From Candidatus Latescibacterota bacterium (lineage in GTDB: Bacteria; Latescibacterota; UBA2968), in NCBI GenBank assembly GCA_965116885.1, contig OZ220741.1:2656001-2720000 (forward strand): a stretch of DNA of 64,000 nucleotides. The letters run 5' to 3'. Position numbers and translations under genes: made by a program. The number at the start of each line of letters is the position of its first letter. Position 1 is the stretch's first letter. The notes under the pieces were generated by a model that was not told where the DNA came from, did not search any database, and worked only from the letters and a program-made list of their open reading frames with translations. This document shows positions 36,663 to 46,758 of this stretch, one piece after another.

Positions 36663-38498
36663 ATGCCCAACGCGTTGCTTGTATATCCAAAGAATCCGGT
36701 GACGTTCTGGAGTTTTGATGAGGCTTTGAGGTTGGTCGGAAAGAAGTCTGCTTTTCCGCCTTTGGGGTTGTTGACGATTGCCGGTATGATGCCCGATGAC
36801 TACAGTTTGCGCGTGGTGGATGTGAATGTACATCCACTAACAGATGAAGATCTGGGTTGGGCAGATGTTGTGATTACATCGTCGATGATTATTCACTGGC
36901 ATTCCCTCGAAGAGATTATTGCCCAGTGCAATGCCGCTGGCGTGCCCGTGCTCAATGGCGGTCCGCTTCCCACGCAGTATTGCGAAGATATTGAGGGAGA
37001 TGCGGTCTTTTATCTGGGCGAGGCAGAGAATGGCTTTATGGATGTGGTCGATCAATTGGTATCTGAGCCTTACAAGGGTGGGCGAGAGTACATTGATCGG
37101 CGAGGTGAGTTTCAAAGCCTTACAACAACACCGCTTCCGCGCTGGGATCTGATCAACTTTGACGATTATACTGTGATGGTGATTCAGATTACGCGGGGGT
37201 GTCCCGAAAGTTGCACATTTTGCAATATTCCGGCGCTTTACGGCAAGATAACGCGTTTGAAAAATAGCAGCCGCGTGGTTCAGGAACTGGACGCGCTTTA
37301 CGATAGAGGCTGGCGCGGCTCGGTTATGGCGGTTGATGACAATTTTGTGGGCAATCGCGACGAGATTCGAGAAACACTGGAAGAAGAGGTGGTTCCCTGG
37401 CAAAGAGAGCGGGGGTATCCTTTCCAGCTCTTTACACAGGCCAGCATTCGCGTGAGTGATGATCCCGCGTTGTTAGAGGCGATGCACCTCGCCGGATTTG
37501 ATAAAATTTTTGCGGGCATTGAATCGCCAGTGGAAGAGAGCCTGAAGTTTATGGGCGCGCAAAAGAATTTGCAGGGCGATACGCCTTTGTTGGACAAGGT
37601 TAAGATTCTGCAAGAATACGGCATGGAAGTTCAGGCTGGTTTTATTATGGGATTGGATACAGATCCCGATGATATTGCCGATCGCATGATTGCGTTTATC
37701 AGGGAAGCGGGTATTCCAGTGGCTATGGTGGGGGTTTTGGGTGTGCTGCGCGATACACCCGATTACAAGCGCTACAAGCGGTTGGGGCGCCTGCGTGAAG
37801 ACGTAAAATATACGGGCGATTCGGGTATTTTTAGTCGGCAGTTGAGTTATGAGCCCCTCATTGATCCCGACGAATTGCTGGCGCGCCATCGCAAGGTTCT
37901 CGAAACGCTGAATAGTCCAGAGATTTTCTTTGAACGCTGCCGCACGCACTATGCACATCGCGCGCGCAGGGCAATTCCGTCAATGCCAATTGGTTGGACG
38001 GAACTCAGGGCGGGATTACGCTCTTTTTGGCACCAGGGTGTGGTCGGGTATTATCGGTGGACATTCTGGAAGTTTATGGCCCATATGCTCCTGCATCATC
38101 CCCGCGATTTTGGGGATGCCATACGCATGTCCATTCATGGTCGCCATTTGATTCTCACCACGCGCGACGCCCTGCAGGTCGATGAGGTACAGACCTTTTT
38201 GGATGAGGCTCTGGATCACCTGAAGCGATTTAGCGAGGGATATAAAGAGGTGAGTGTCGGTGATTATGCGAGCAAGTTGATGCACGCTTTGCACGGGCGG
38301 ATTGATCATTTTCAGGATGATTATCGCACCTTGCAACACAACGCCGAGGTGATGTTGAAGGCGGCTCAGGAATACTGCGAGTTGATCCGCGAAGAATTTC
38401 GCCACCAGGTTGCCGAACCTCTCGAGCGTTTTCAACAAGAGATCGAAGCAATCCTCGAATCATATCCCGGACAAAATAGTTTACAACCTGCGCGGTAG
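36663..38498 (+). CDS. B12-binding radical SAM protein (DUF4070 type)
   Basis: PPLGLLT B12 domain, RGCPESCTFC, DDNF, GIES, GFIMGLD. Confidence 0.92.
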   Translation: MPNALLVYPKNPVTFWSFDEALRLVGKKSAFPPLGLLTIAGMMPDDYSLRVVDVNVHPLTDEDLGWADVVITSSMIIHWHSLEEIIAQCNAAGVPVLNGGPLPTQYCEDIEGDAVFYLGEAENGFMDVVDQLVSEPYKGGREYIDRRGEFQSLTTTPLPRWDLINFDDYTVMVIQITRGCPESCTFCNIPALYGKITRLKNSSRVVQELDALYDRGWRGSVMAVDDNFVGNRDEIRETLEEEVVPWQRERGYPFQLFTQASIRVSDDPALLEAMHLAGFDKIFAGIESPVEESLKFMGAQKNLQGDTPLLDKVKILQEYGMEVQAGFIMGLDTDPDDIADRMIAFIREAGIPVAMVGVLGVLRDTPDYKRYKRLGRLREDVKYTGDSGIFSRQLSYEPLIDPDELLARHRKVLETLNSPEIFFERCRTHYAHRARRAIPSMPIGWTELRAGLRSFWHQGVVGYYRWTFWKFMAHMLLHHPRDFGDAIRMSIHGRHLILTTRDALQVDEVQTFLDEALDHLKRFSEGYKEVSVGDYASKLMHALHGRIDHFQDDYRTLQHNAEVMLKAAQEYCELIREEFRHQVAEPLERFQQEIEAILESYPGQNSLQPAR

Positions 38499-38520
38499 GG
38501 ACGCGCTGCGATATAAAACA

Positions 38521-38600
38521 AAAGCCCGGTATCACAAAAAGATATCGGGCTTTTATTTTTTAACCACAAAGCCGGAGACACTGTCTTCGGCTTTGTGGTT
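38521..38600. terminator. Two tandem hairpins between convergent genes
   Basis: AAAGCCCGGTATC/GATATCGGGCTTT and AACCACAAAGCCGGAGAC/GTCTTCGGCTTTGTGGTT with T/A runs. Confidence 0.8.
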
Positions 38601-38927
38601 TTAAGCGAGCACAGCTTTGAGTTTGTCTTCTATCGCGCTTTTGGGGACAGCGCCGATAAGCTGATCTGCCTGTTTGCCGTCTTTAAATATGAGCAATGTG
38701 GGGATGCTGCGAATGCCAAATCCCTGTGCTGTCTGCTGGGCGTGATCCACATCGACTTTGCAGATTTTAACGCGGCCGTCGTATTCACGAGCGAGTTCTT
38801 CAATGCTGGGGGCAATCATCCGGCACGGACCGCACCACGTTGCCCAGAAATCCACAAGTACCGGAAGATCGGAATCGACAACTTCTGTCTGGAAATTTTC
38901 ATCTGTAACATTTAATGGGCTTCCCAC
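38601..38927 (-). CDS. trxA: Thioredoxin
   Basis: DFWATWCGPC, IRSIPTL. Confidence 0.97.
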   Translation of the reverse strand: MGSPLNVTDENFQTEVVDSDLPVLVDFWATWCGPCRMIAPSIEELAREYDGRVKICKVDVDHAQQTAQGFGIRSIPTLLIFKDGKQADQLIGAVPKSAIEDKLKAVLA

Positions 38928-38973
38928 TTTGAGGCTCCTTTCAGGTTGGGTTTTGTTCTGATTAGAATGTGCT

Positions 38974-39002
38974 AAACTACCAGATTTTTATGGGGTTGTC
39001 AA
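38974..39002 (-). promoter_or_regulatory. trxA promoter
   Basis: TTGACA-17 nt-TAGTTT with extended TGn. Confidence 0.6.
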
Positions 39003-40024
39003 GGGGCTGCACGACAGATTCGGTAGGCCAGGTGCGCGAGAATTTCGTGTGGTGTACCGCCGCTGGACTTGAGGCGATTGTCTGCATCGAGAAGGGCATC
39101 ATGGGCATTCCAGAGTGCTCGTTCGTCAAATAAACGGGCCTGATTGAGGTAGTTGTTTAGAAAAAAAGGGGGTACTTTGAGGCGTGAAGCCATTGCATTT
39201 CTGGGCAGGCGTTGGCCCGATATCCATCGCGCGCGCCGCAGAATCCCAAAGTGACGGACGAGCAGTGCGATCGTGCCGGCGGGGTGTTCTCCCTGCTCGC
39301 GGAGCCGTCCAATAAGGATCTGCGCCTTGTCCAACTGCCGGTGTCCGAGTGCGTCGGCGAGTTCAAAAACCGTAACTCCCCGCGTGTTGTCGATTACCTG
39401 AGCGACGTCCTCGCGCGAGATTGAATTGGATTTGGTCGTGATAAAGAGTTTTTCGATTTCGCCGTCCAGTTCACGCAGATTTGACCCAATGCTCATGTGG
39501 AGCAGGTGAGCCGCGTCGGGCGCGATTTGCCTACCCCGAGTTTTGACATGTGTTTGGATCCAGGCTGGAATTTCGTTGTCGTAGGGTGGGCGAAATTCGA
39601 TTGTAATTGCGCGTTTTCTAAGTTCGGCAAATAGTTTTTTGCGCCCATCGGGTTTGGTGGCTGTGATGATTATGGTCGTTGTTTCGGGTGGGGTTTCGAT
39701 GAGGGACAAGAGTTCGGGGGAGGCTGAATCGGGTAAGCGGTCGGCGTTTTTGAGGACAATCAGGCGGCGTTGCGCCATCATTGGAAAGGTGAGTGCTTGT
39801 GAAACAACCTGTGAAATATCGATGTCTTCGGCGCGATAGATGTCGAGGTTGAAGGCGCGCGCTGCGGGTTCAATGAGGGTTTCAACGAGGGCGTTGAGAA
39901 GCTGATCGCGCTGAAAGTCTTCTTCCCCGTAGAAGTAGTAGAGGGATGAGATTTCGCCTTTTTTTACGGCATCGAGAACCTGATCTGGCGACGGGCCAGT
40001 TTTGCGAGGGCGTCGAGTAGCCAT
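38999..40024 (-). CDS. holA: DNA polymerase III delta subunit
   Basis: YYFYGEE, FPMMAQRRL, EIEKL, VFELADA, DNRLKS. Confidence 0.92.
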   Translation of the reverse strand: MATRRPRKTGPSPDQVLDAVKKGEISSLYYFYGEEDFQRDQLLNALVETLIEPAARAFNLDIYRAEDIDISQVVSQALTFPMMAQRRLIVLKNADRLPDSASPELLSLIETPPETTTIIITATKPDGRKKLFAELRKRAITIEFRPPYDNEIPAWIQTHVKTRGRQIAPDAAHLLHMSIGSNLRELDGEIEKLFITTKSNSISREDVAQVIDNTRGVTVFELADALGHRQLDKAQILIGRLREQGEHPAGTIALLVRHFGILRRARWISGQRLPRNAMASRLKVPPFFLNNYLNQARLFDERALWNAHDALLDADNRLKSSGGTPHEILAHLAYRICRAAP

Positions 40025-40042
40025 CTGTGTTATCCGAGGAGT

Positions 40043-40216
40043 CTAAAGGTCTTTGAAGTCCGCGTCTTGAATTTGTGTATCGTCAATATCGCGCAGGGGT
40101 TTTTCCTTTGATGATGTACGCGTGGTCGAGCGCATTAGTATGGCGAGAAACAAGCGGCCGACAAAACGAAAAAACAGGACGAGGACAAGGACGATGAGAA
40201 ATATACGAAGCAACAT
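40043..40216 (-). CDS. Small membrane protein (57 aa)
   Basis: Below the ORF-track cutoff; GGAGA RBS; MLLRIFLIVLVLVLFFRFVGRLFLAIL...IQDADFKDL*. Confidence 0.7.
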   Translation of the reverse strand: MLLRIFLIVLVLVLFFRFVGRLFLAILMRSTTRTSSKEKPLRDIDDTQIQDADFKDL

Positions 40217-40244
40217 GAGTGTCTCCGTGCCTTATAACGATGGC

Positions 40245-43200
40245 TCAATCTGCGGCGGTGTGGCGATATGGGGATGCGGATTCAATTTGGGGCGCGCCAA
40301 ACCACCGCCAGATCAGGCTGATTAGAACAGGTACAACGACCAGTGTGAGGGCAGTGGCAAATGCGAGACCAAAGATCACAGCCACGCCCATGGGTCCCCA
40401 CCACTGACTGCTGCGTCCCCCAATTTCCCATGAAAATGAAAAAAAGTCAAAACTTATACCCGTGGCAAGGGGCAACAGACCCAGGATAGTGGTTATGGCT
40501 GTGAGAATGACGGGGCGAAATCTTACGACGCCTGCGCGTATGATTGCTTCGCGCGCTGAAAGGCCACGCTGGCGCAATTGCAGGGTATAGCCGATTAGAA
40601 CAATGGCGTTGTTGACAACCACGCCTGCAAGGCTGATCACGCCAATGCCTGTCATGAGAATGCCAAAAGGAGTTCCGGTGACAATCAGGCCGATCAGCAC
40701 GCCGATCATAGACAAAATGACGGATGTGAGAATGGTAAAGGGCAGTGCCAGGGAATTGAATTGCGTAATCAGAATGAGCGCGATGCCCGCCAGTGCTATG
40801 AGTAAGGCTTTGGAAAGAAAGGCAGTGGCTTTTTGCTGTTCTTCATTTTCCCCGGAATAGGCGATCTGATAGCCCGGTGGAAGGGAAAAATTGGATAGAG
40901 CCGCCTGCACATCGCGCATGGCTGCATCAGATGTGCGGTCTTGCACTTTGCCTTCAATGGAGATAACGCGCTTGAGATCTTTGCGCCGAATGCTGCCAAA
41001 TCCCCCGCCCGTTTCTATGCGTGCAACCGCGCTTATGGGTGTGATTTTGCCATCTTTTTCAATAGTTATGCGTTCGAGGTCGGCGAGGGTGTTGCGCTTG
41101 TCGGATTTGAATCTCACGCGAATATCGTATTCGTCTTCGCCCAGCCGATATTCGGATGCTTCTGAACCGTAAACAGCCGAGCGCACTGTAGCGGCAATCA
41201 GGCGCGTATTGAGGCCCGCTATTGCAGCGGCTTCTCGATCTACAACGATGCGGACTTCGGGGCGCCCGCGGTCATAGTCGTCTTTGAGATCGACAACGCC
41301 GGGCACTTCGGCTACGATGCGTTTGATGCGTGCGGATAGTTGTCCCAAAATTTCGAAATTTTCGCCAGATACCTCAACGCTGATGGGAGGGCCTACGGGT
41401 GGTCCGCCGCGCTCCTGGGACAATTCGATTTCAGCGCCGGTCAGATTTTTGAGTTTGTTGCGGATTTCCTCAATGGTTTTAAAAGAGGATTGCTGCCGAA
41501 GGCTTTCATCGACAAAATCAACGGAGATGCGACTGGCATTTGAAACGCCTTCGCCAGACGCGAATTCATCGCCGCCAGAGACACCCACGTTGGCGACATA
41601 GGTTTCAACATCGGGAATATCGGAGAGAATGGATTCGATCTGGCGTGCCAGTTGATCCGATGTTTCGAGGTTTGTGCCAGATGGCGCACGCACATCAATG
41701 TAGGCTGTGTTGGGTTCAATTTCGGGAAAAAATTCGATGCCTCGGCCCAAAAAATAGTACGCCACAATGACGAGGATGAGTGTGCTCGCTGCAAGCGAGA
41801 GGGTTATTCCCGGGTAATTGAGCGCCAGTTCAAGGCGACGCTGATAGGCGTTGAGGCTGCGCTGAAGGCGGGGGGATGTTTCTTTGACCGTTCCTCGCAC
41901 CGTCATGAAAGATGCACAAAATGTGGGATTGAGGACGAGGCCCACGAAGAGGGACGAAGACAGGGTTATGATCAGGGTTATGGGCAAGTATTTCATAAAT
42001 TCGCCCATAATGCCGGGCCAGACAATCATGGGTGCAAAAGCACATAATGTCGTCAGTGTCGAGGTTATCACAGGCCAGGCGACTTCTCCTGTGCCTTCCA
42101 GCGCCCCCTGGACGGGAGATTGGCCTTCTTGCCGGTGGCGATATATATTTTCGACAATGACGATGGCATTATCCACGAGCATGCCGAGTGCGAGGATCAG
42201 GCTAAACAAAACGATCATATTGAGTGTGATGCCCATAATAGAGATGATGATAAAGGCAATGAGCATAGAGAGAGGAATGGCGATACCGACAAAAAAGGCA
42301 TTGCGTAAGCCCAGGAAAAATAGAAGCACCAGAATGACGAGGATCAGGCCGGATACGATATTGTTTTCGAGATCTTTGACCATCATGCGAATGTCTTCAG
42401 ACTGGTCGCCCAAAATGGTGATTTGCGTGCCTGCGGGAAGGGTGGGTTTCAAATCGTCGAGCGCGATTTTAATCTGATCTGCGATGGCAATCAGATTTTC
42501 ACCGCTGCGCTTGACAATTTCAAGGCTCACACTGGGCTTGTGGTTGAGGCGAGCGTAATTTGCGCGATCCTTAAATCCATATACAACATCGGCAACATCG
42601 CGGATATAGACCGGGCGGCCTTGCGACGCTTTGATGAGAAGGTCGCCAATCTGGGGAACGGTTTCAAGTTCGCCGGGCACGCGTACGGCGTATTTGTACG
42701 CGCCTATATCCACGCTGCCGCCGGGAAGGGTCAAGTTTTCGCGCTGGATGGCTTCTATTACGTCCTGGATGGCGAGTTTGTAGGCGATGAGGCGGTCGGG
42801 ATCGACATCGACTTTGACTTCGTGTTCGAGACCGCCGACCACGCGTACTTCGAGGATGCCGGGGATGGTTTCGATATGATCGGAAAAGTCTTCGGCAATT
42901 TCTTTGAGCCGAATCAGCCCATAGTCGGCCGACAATGCGACGATCATCATGGGAATATTGGAAAAGTTGACTTCGAGAACCACGGGATCTTCTGCATCAT
43001 CGGGTAGTTCTGTTTTTGCGAGATCGACCTTGTCTTTGACGCGCTGGAGTGCATTGTCAATATCGGCATTGGGATTAAATTCGACTGTAATTGACGAAGC
43101 GCCTTCGACCGAACTCGAGCGGATCACTTTGACGTTTTCAATGGATTGAAGTTCTTTTTCCAAAGGTCGGGTAATGAGGTTTTCAACATCCTGAGGCGAG

Positions 43201-43361
43201 GCTCCGATATACGGCGTGCTGACGATGATGAGGGGTATGGTAATATCCGGCGCGGCTTCGCGAGGAAGCGACAGATAGGCCGAGATGCCCGAGATGATGA
43301 GGATGCCGACAAAGACGTAAACGGTGATGCGATGTTTGAGTGCGTATGCGGTAATGGTCAT
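40245..43361 (-). CDS. RND efflux permease (AcrB family)
   Basis: 1038 aa; GMLVDNAIV, GVVVNNAI, RFRPVILT. Confidence 0.96.
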   Translation of the reverse strand: MTITAYALKHRITVYVFVGILIISGISAYLSLPREAAPDITIPLIIVSTPYIGASPQDVENLITRPLEKELQSIENVKVIRSSSVEGASSITVEFNPNADIDNALQRVKDKVDLAKTELPDDAEDPVVLEVNFSNIPMMIVALSADYGLIRLKEIAEDFSDHIETIPGILEVRVVGGLEHEVKVDVDPDRLIAYKLAIQDVIEAIQRENLTLPGGSVDIGAYKYAVRVPGELETVPQIGDLLIKASQGRPVYIRDVADVVYGFKDRANYARLNHKPSVSLEIVKRSGENLIAIADQIKIALDDLKPTLPAGTQITILGDQSEDIRMMVKDLENNIVSGLILVILVLLFFLGLRNAFFVGIAIPLSMLIAFIIISIMGITLNMIVLFSLILALGMLVDNAIVIVENIYRHRQEGQSPVQGALEGTGEVAWPVITSTLTTLCAFAPMIVWPGIMGEFMKYLPITLIITLSSSLFVGLVLNPTFCASFMTVRGTVKETSPRLQRSLNAYQRRLELALNYPGITLSLAASTLILVIVAYYFLGRGIEFFPEIEPNTAYIDVRAPSGTNLETSDQLARQIESILSDIPDVETYVANVGVSGGDEFASGEGVSNASRISVDFVDESLRQQSSFKTIEEIRNKLKNLTGAEIELSQERGGPPVGPPISVEVSGENFEILGQLSARIKRIVAEVPGVVDLKDDYDRGRPEVRIVVDREAAAIAGLNTRLIAATVRSAVYGSEASEYRLGEDEYDIRVRFKSDKRNTLADLERITIEKDGKITPISAVARIETGGGFGSIRRKDLKRVISIEGKVQDRTSDAAMRDVQAALSNFSLPPGYQIAYSGENEEQQKATAFLSKALLIALAGIALILITQFNSLALPFTILTSVILSMIGVLIGLIVTGTPFGILMTGIGVISLAGVVVNNAIVLIGYTLQLRQRGLSAREAIIRAGVVRFRPVILTAITTILGLLPLATGISFDFFSFSWEIGGRSSQWWGPMGVAVIFGLAFATALTLVVVPVLISLIWRWFGAPQIESASPYRHTAAD

Positions 43362-44407
43362 GGGATGGATTCCGCATATTTTATTGCCACGCGATCGCCA
43401 TCAATGAGGTCTCGTCCGCCTTTGACGACGATCTGATCGCCAAAGGAAAGACCCTTTTGGACGACGACGCGCTCGGCTTCCGATGGGCCCAGGATGAGCG
43501 GGCGCATAAGGGCCATGTCGTTTTTTACGGCAAAGGCTACAGGCCCAGTTTCGCGTTCGATAATGGCTTCGCGGGGAATGACGACGGCATGCTGGTGAAT
43601 GCGCCGCACAGCTTTCAGCGTGCCGATCATGCCGGGGCGAATATGCCCTGTTGGATTGGGCAAGTAGATTTCAATGGGAAAAACTCTCTGGTTTGTATCT
43701 GCTGCTGGACCAACATGGGCGATTGTGCCCTCATAAGTCTGGTGCGGCATAGCATCGAGGATGAGGGTGACGAAACTGCCTTCGGCGAAGTCAATGATTT
43801 CGCTTTCAGCTACCCAGGCCTCAATGCGCAGGCTGTCGGTTTGTACGAGGCGAAATGTTGCGTCACCTCGCGTGATATGTTGCCCTTGTGAGAGGTGCCG
43901 CTTTGCAATAGTGCCTGAAAACGGCGCTTGTATCTGCCCATAAGAGAGCCGGTGTTTTAAGGTCTGCGCTGTTGATTTGGCTTTTTGAAAGTCGTATTCT
44001 GTGGCAAAATACGCCTGTTCGGAAATTGATCCTTCCGAGAAAAGTTGTTTGCTGCGCTCGTAATTGTAGGTTTGAAACTTGAGATTGGCCTCGGCTTCGA
44101 TCAATGCAGCTTGTAGAAGCTCCAGGTTGAGTTGTGCGAGATGCTCTTCTCGTTTGACGTAATCACCCACATCTTTGTACGTGTTGATAACCTCGCCAGA
44201 TTCGAGCGCGCTAATCGTCACATCGCGCCAGGCTTTTACTGTGGCAGACAGCCTGCTGTATTGGATGAGCGAATCGGGTTTGATTACAAATGTAGATACA
44301 TTGGTGGTGCGCTCTGTGGGCATTTCTTTTTGCGCCGAAGATTCGTCGCCACAGCCCAGATGAACCGCGATCAAAAGACAGGGTATTAAAAGCCTGTACA
44401 AATTCAT
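43358..44407 (-). CDS. RND periplasmic adaptor subunit (lipoprotein)
   Basis: HLGC lipobox, IQAPFSG, IRPGM. Confidence 0.93.
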   Translation of the reverse strand: MNLYRLLIPCLLIAVHLGCGDESSAQKEMPTERTTNVSTFVIKPDSLIQYSRLSATVKAWRDVTISALESGEVINTYKDVGDYVKREEHLAQLNLELLQAALIEAEANLKFQTYNYERSKQLFSEGSISEQAYFATEYDFQKAKSTAQTLKHRLSYGQIQAPFSGTIAKRHLSQGQHITRGDATFRLVQTDSLRIEAWVAESEIIDFAEGSFVTLILDAMPHQTYEGTIAHVGPAADTNQRVFPIEIYLPNPTGHIRPGMIGTLKAVRRIHQHAVVIPREAIIERETGPVAFAVKNDMALMRPLILGPSEAERVVVQKGLSFGDQIVVKGGRDLIDGDRVAIKYAESIP

Positions 44408-45753
44408 GGTTGCTCCTCTTCACCCAAAATGCCCGTACTGAGTTCTAAATGTACGAGGGCGACCGCAAGATCTCGCTTTGCGCGCGCGAGTTCGGCTTCG
44501 GCGCGTTGTAAGGTGAGTTGTCCATCGATGACTTCGATCTGGGTGCCAACGCCGTTTTCATAACGCGATTCCGCGATTTCCAGGCCCCGACGGGCGAGAT
44601 CAACGGCCTGTATCTGCGCGCTTTTTTTTGCGCGAACTTCGAGGAAAGTGCGCCACGCCTGCAGGACGTTGAAACGCACATCGCGCTCGGTCAGTTTTTG
44701 CATCAGTTCGGATTGCCGCGTGTCTGAGCGGGCTTGCGCAACCTGTGCACTTGTGCGAAAGCCATCGAATATGGGAATGTTGATGGCGATACCCGAAAAC
44801 CAGCTCTGGTGAAAATCGTCTTTTACAAAATCAAATTCGTTTTTTTGCGCCTGCCATTGTCCATTGACAATCAAATCTACAGTAGGGCGGGATTCTGCAC
44901 GGGCAATGGTCTCCGCGTGCTGGCGCATTTCGACCTCGATACGGTACTGGCTTATAATGGGATTCATTTGCATTGAGAGGTCAATCAGGACTGTCTCAGT
45001 ACTGGTCGATAAAAGGTGGGATTTTTCGCGAAAAGTCCCGTGAGGTGTAATGGGTTCATTGGGGTCAATGCCGATCTGGTTTTTGAACGCGAGATCTGCC
45101 AATACACGCACATTTTCCGTACTTATGGAATCGGTCAGCAGTTCGGCGACCTGTACCTGTGCACGCAATAAATCGTAGTCCGATACGCGCCCTGCCTCGC
45201 GCAATTTTTCGACGCGTCTGAAATTTGCACGCGCACGCGCTACAGAAGATTTGCTGACGCGCGTGAGTTCCCGAGCCAGTAGCAGGTCGTAAAAAGCCGT
45301 TTCGACCTGGGTGTGTAATCGCTGCTTTGCAGCACGCATCTTTTCTATCGAAAATTGTTGGAACAGACGCGCAACGCGCATGGCAGAAAAAGATTTGCCT
45401 CCGCCCCAAATAGATTGTCGAATGCCAACCGTGCCGATGAGATTATTGTGTGCTCCTATGGTAAATTGTTGCTGGCCTGCTGGCGTATCAAAAAAAAAGG
45501 TGGGCAGCAACCAGTTGCGCGTGTACTGCATGGTGATATCAAGCTGGGGCAGAACATCGGCTACTGCATGGCGAACCTGTTGGCGTGATTTGTCCAGGTC
45601 TTCGCGCGCAATTAGCAGGTCTTCATTGTGCAATAGCGCGTATTGCAAACTCTCTTCGAGTGTAATAGACCGGGAATAGGCTCTGGGGAGCACGAGAAAA
45701 AGGAACAGAAGGCCGATGGTACATAGCCATCGACAAAGAGATATATAGTCCAT
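44404..45753 (-). CDS. TolC-family outer membrane protein
   Basis: ITLEE, IPIFDG, RYENGVGT; in an operon with the RND genes. Confidence 0.93.
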   Translation of the reverse strand: MDYISLCRWLCTIGLLFLFLVLPRAYSRSITLEESLQYALLHNEDLLIAREDLDKSRQQVRHAVADVLPQLDITMQYTRNWLLPTFFFDTPAGQQQFTIGAHNNLIGTVGIRQSIWGGGKSFSAMRVARLFQQFSIEKMRAAKQRLHTQVETAFYDLLLARELTRVSKSSVARARANFRRVEKLREAGRVSDYDLLRAQVQVAELLTDSISTENVRVLADLAFKNQIGIDPNEPITPHGTFREKSHLLSTSTETVLIDLSMQMNPIISQYRIEVEMRQHAETIARAESRPTVDLIVNGQWQAQKNEFDFVKDDFHQSWFSGIAINIPIFDGFRTSAQVAQARSDTRQSELMQKLTERDVRFNVLQAWRTFLEVRAKKSAQIQAVDLARRGLEIAESRYENGVGTQIEVIDGQLTLQRAEAELARAKRDLAVALVHLELSTGILGEEEQP

Positions 45754-45801
45754 CGATATTTGGAGGGCGTTAAATTCAGGTCGAGATGTTATTTATTTGA
45801 A

Positions 45802-45831
45802 AATCTACAGGGTTTTGCCATGTGATGTCAA
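45802..45831 (-). promoter_or_regulatory. Putative promoter of the efflux operon
   Basis: TTGACA-18 nt-TAGATT. Confidence 0.45.
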
Positions 45832-45837
45832 GGCGTT

Positions 45838-46710
45838 TCACAAACTGATACGGCAGACGCTGTCCGATAGCGCCAATGCCTGGACAGTTTCTGCGACATC
45901 GTGAACTCTTACAATGTGTATTCCTGCTGTTGCACTCAATGTAATGGCAGCGATGCTGCCCGGTAGGCGCTCGTGAGGCAGACTTTGTGGCGCGGTAAAT
46001 TGCTTGCGCGATGCACCTATGAGAAGGGGATATCCCAGCGTGTGAAAATCGGATAGTCGGGCGAGTATTTCGATATTGTGCGCGTATTTTTTGCCAAATC
46101 CCAGTCCGGGATCAATTGCAATCTGAGATCGGGAAATGCCCATCGCCCTTGCGCTGTCGATTTGTGCGCTTAAAAAGTCGAGAATATCGGACACGACATC
46201 GTCGTACACAGGGTTCTGCTGCATGGTTGAGGGCGTTCCCCGCATGTGCATCAGGACGACAGCAACTCCCGTTTCTGCGATCAGATGCATCATGCCGGTG
46301 TCAAACCGCAGGGCACTGATGTCGTTGACAATGGTGGCGCCGTTGTCAATGGCCTGTCGGGCGACTTCGGATTTGGTTGTGTCTATGGAGATGGGTACGT
46401 CGAGTTGTGGGGCAATAGCCTCAATAATGGGAATGGTGCGGTCCAGTTCTTCTTTTAGAGAGATAACGGCCGCCCCTTTGCCATAAGGCCCGGCTGGACG
46501 AGATGATTCACCCCCAATATCGATTATATCGGCACCTGCTTCAACCAGTGCCCATGCTCGTTCAATCGCTTTGCGCGGTTCAAAATAAAGGCCGCCGTCT
46601 GAGAACGAGTCTGGCGTGACATTGAGAACGCCCATCACGAGTGTTCGATGACCCAATTGAAGGGGTGTGCCACAGCATGAAAGCCGGTAAATAGGGCGTA
46701 TGTGTTTCAT
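45838..46710 (-). CDS. folP: Dihydropteroate synthase
   Basis: MGVLNVTPDSFSDGG, DIGGESSRP, DPGLGFGK, SRK, RVHDV. Confidence 0.97.
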   Translation of the reverse strand: MKHIRPIYRLSCCGTPLQLGHRTLVMGVLNVTPDSFSDGGLYFEPRKAIERAWALVEAGADIIDIGGESSRPAGPYGKGAAVISLKEELDRTIPIIEAIAPQLDVPISIDTTKSEVARQAIDNGATIVNDISALRFDTGMMHLIAETGVAVVLMHMRGTPSTMQQNPVYDDVVSDILDFLSAQIDSARAMGISRSQIAIDPGLGFGKKYAHNIEILARLSDFHTLGYPLLIGASRKQFTAPQSLPHERLPGSIAAITLSATAGIHIVRVHDVAETVQALALSDSVCRISL

Positions 46711-46724
46711 TGGGACGGTGTAAG

Positions 46725-46758
46725 AAAAAAAGAGATGGCAAACGCCATCTCTTTTTTT
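46725..46758. terminator. Intrinsic terminator after ftsH
   Basis: AAAAAAAGAGATGGC-AAAC-GCCATCTCTTTTTTT. Confidence 0.85.

Noticed and set aside
38961..38975. GTGCTAA, a CIRCE-like half-site upstream of trxA
   Set aside because: No second arm at the 9-nt spacing.
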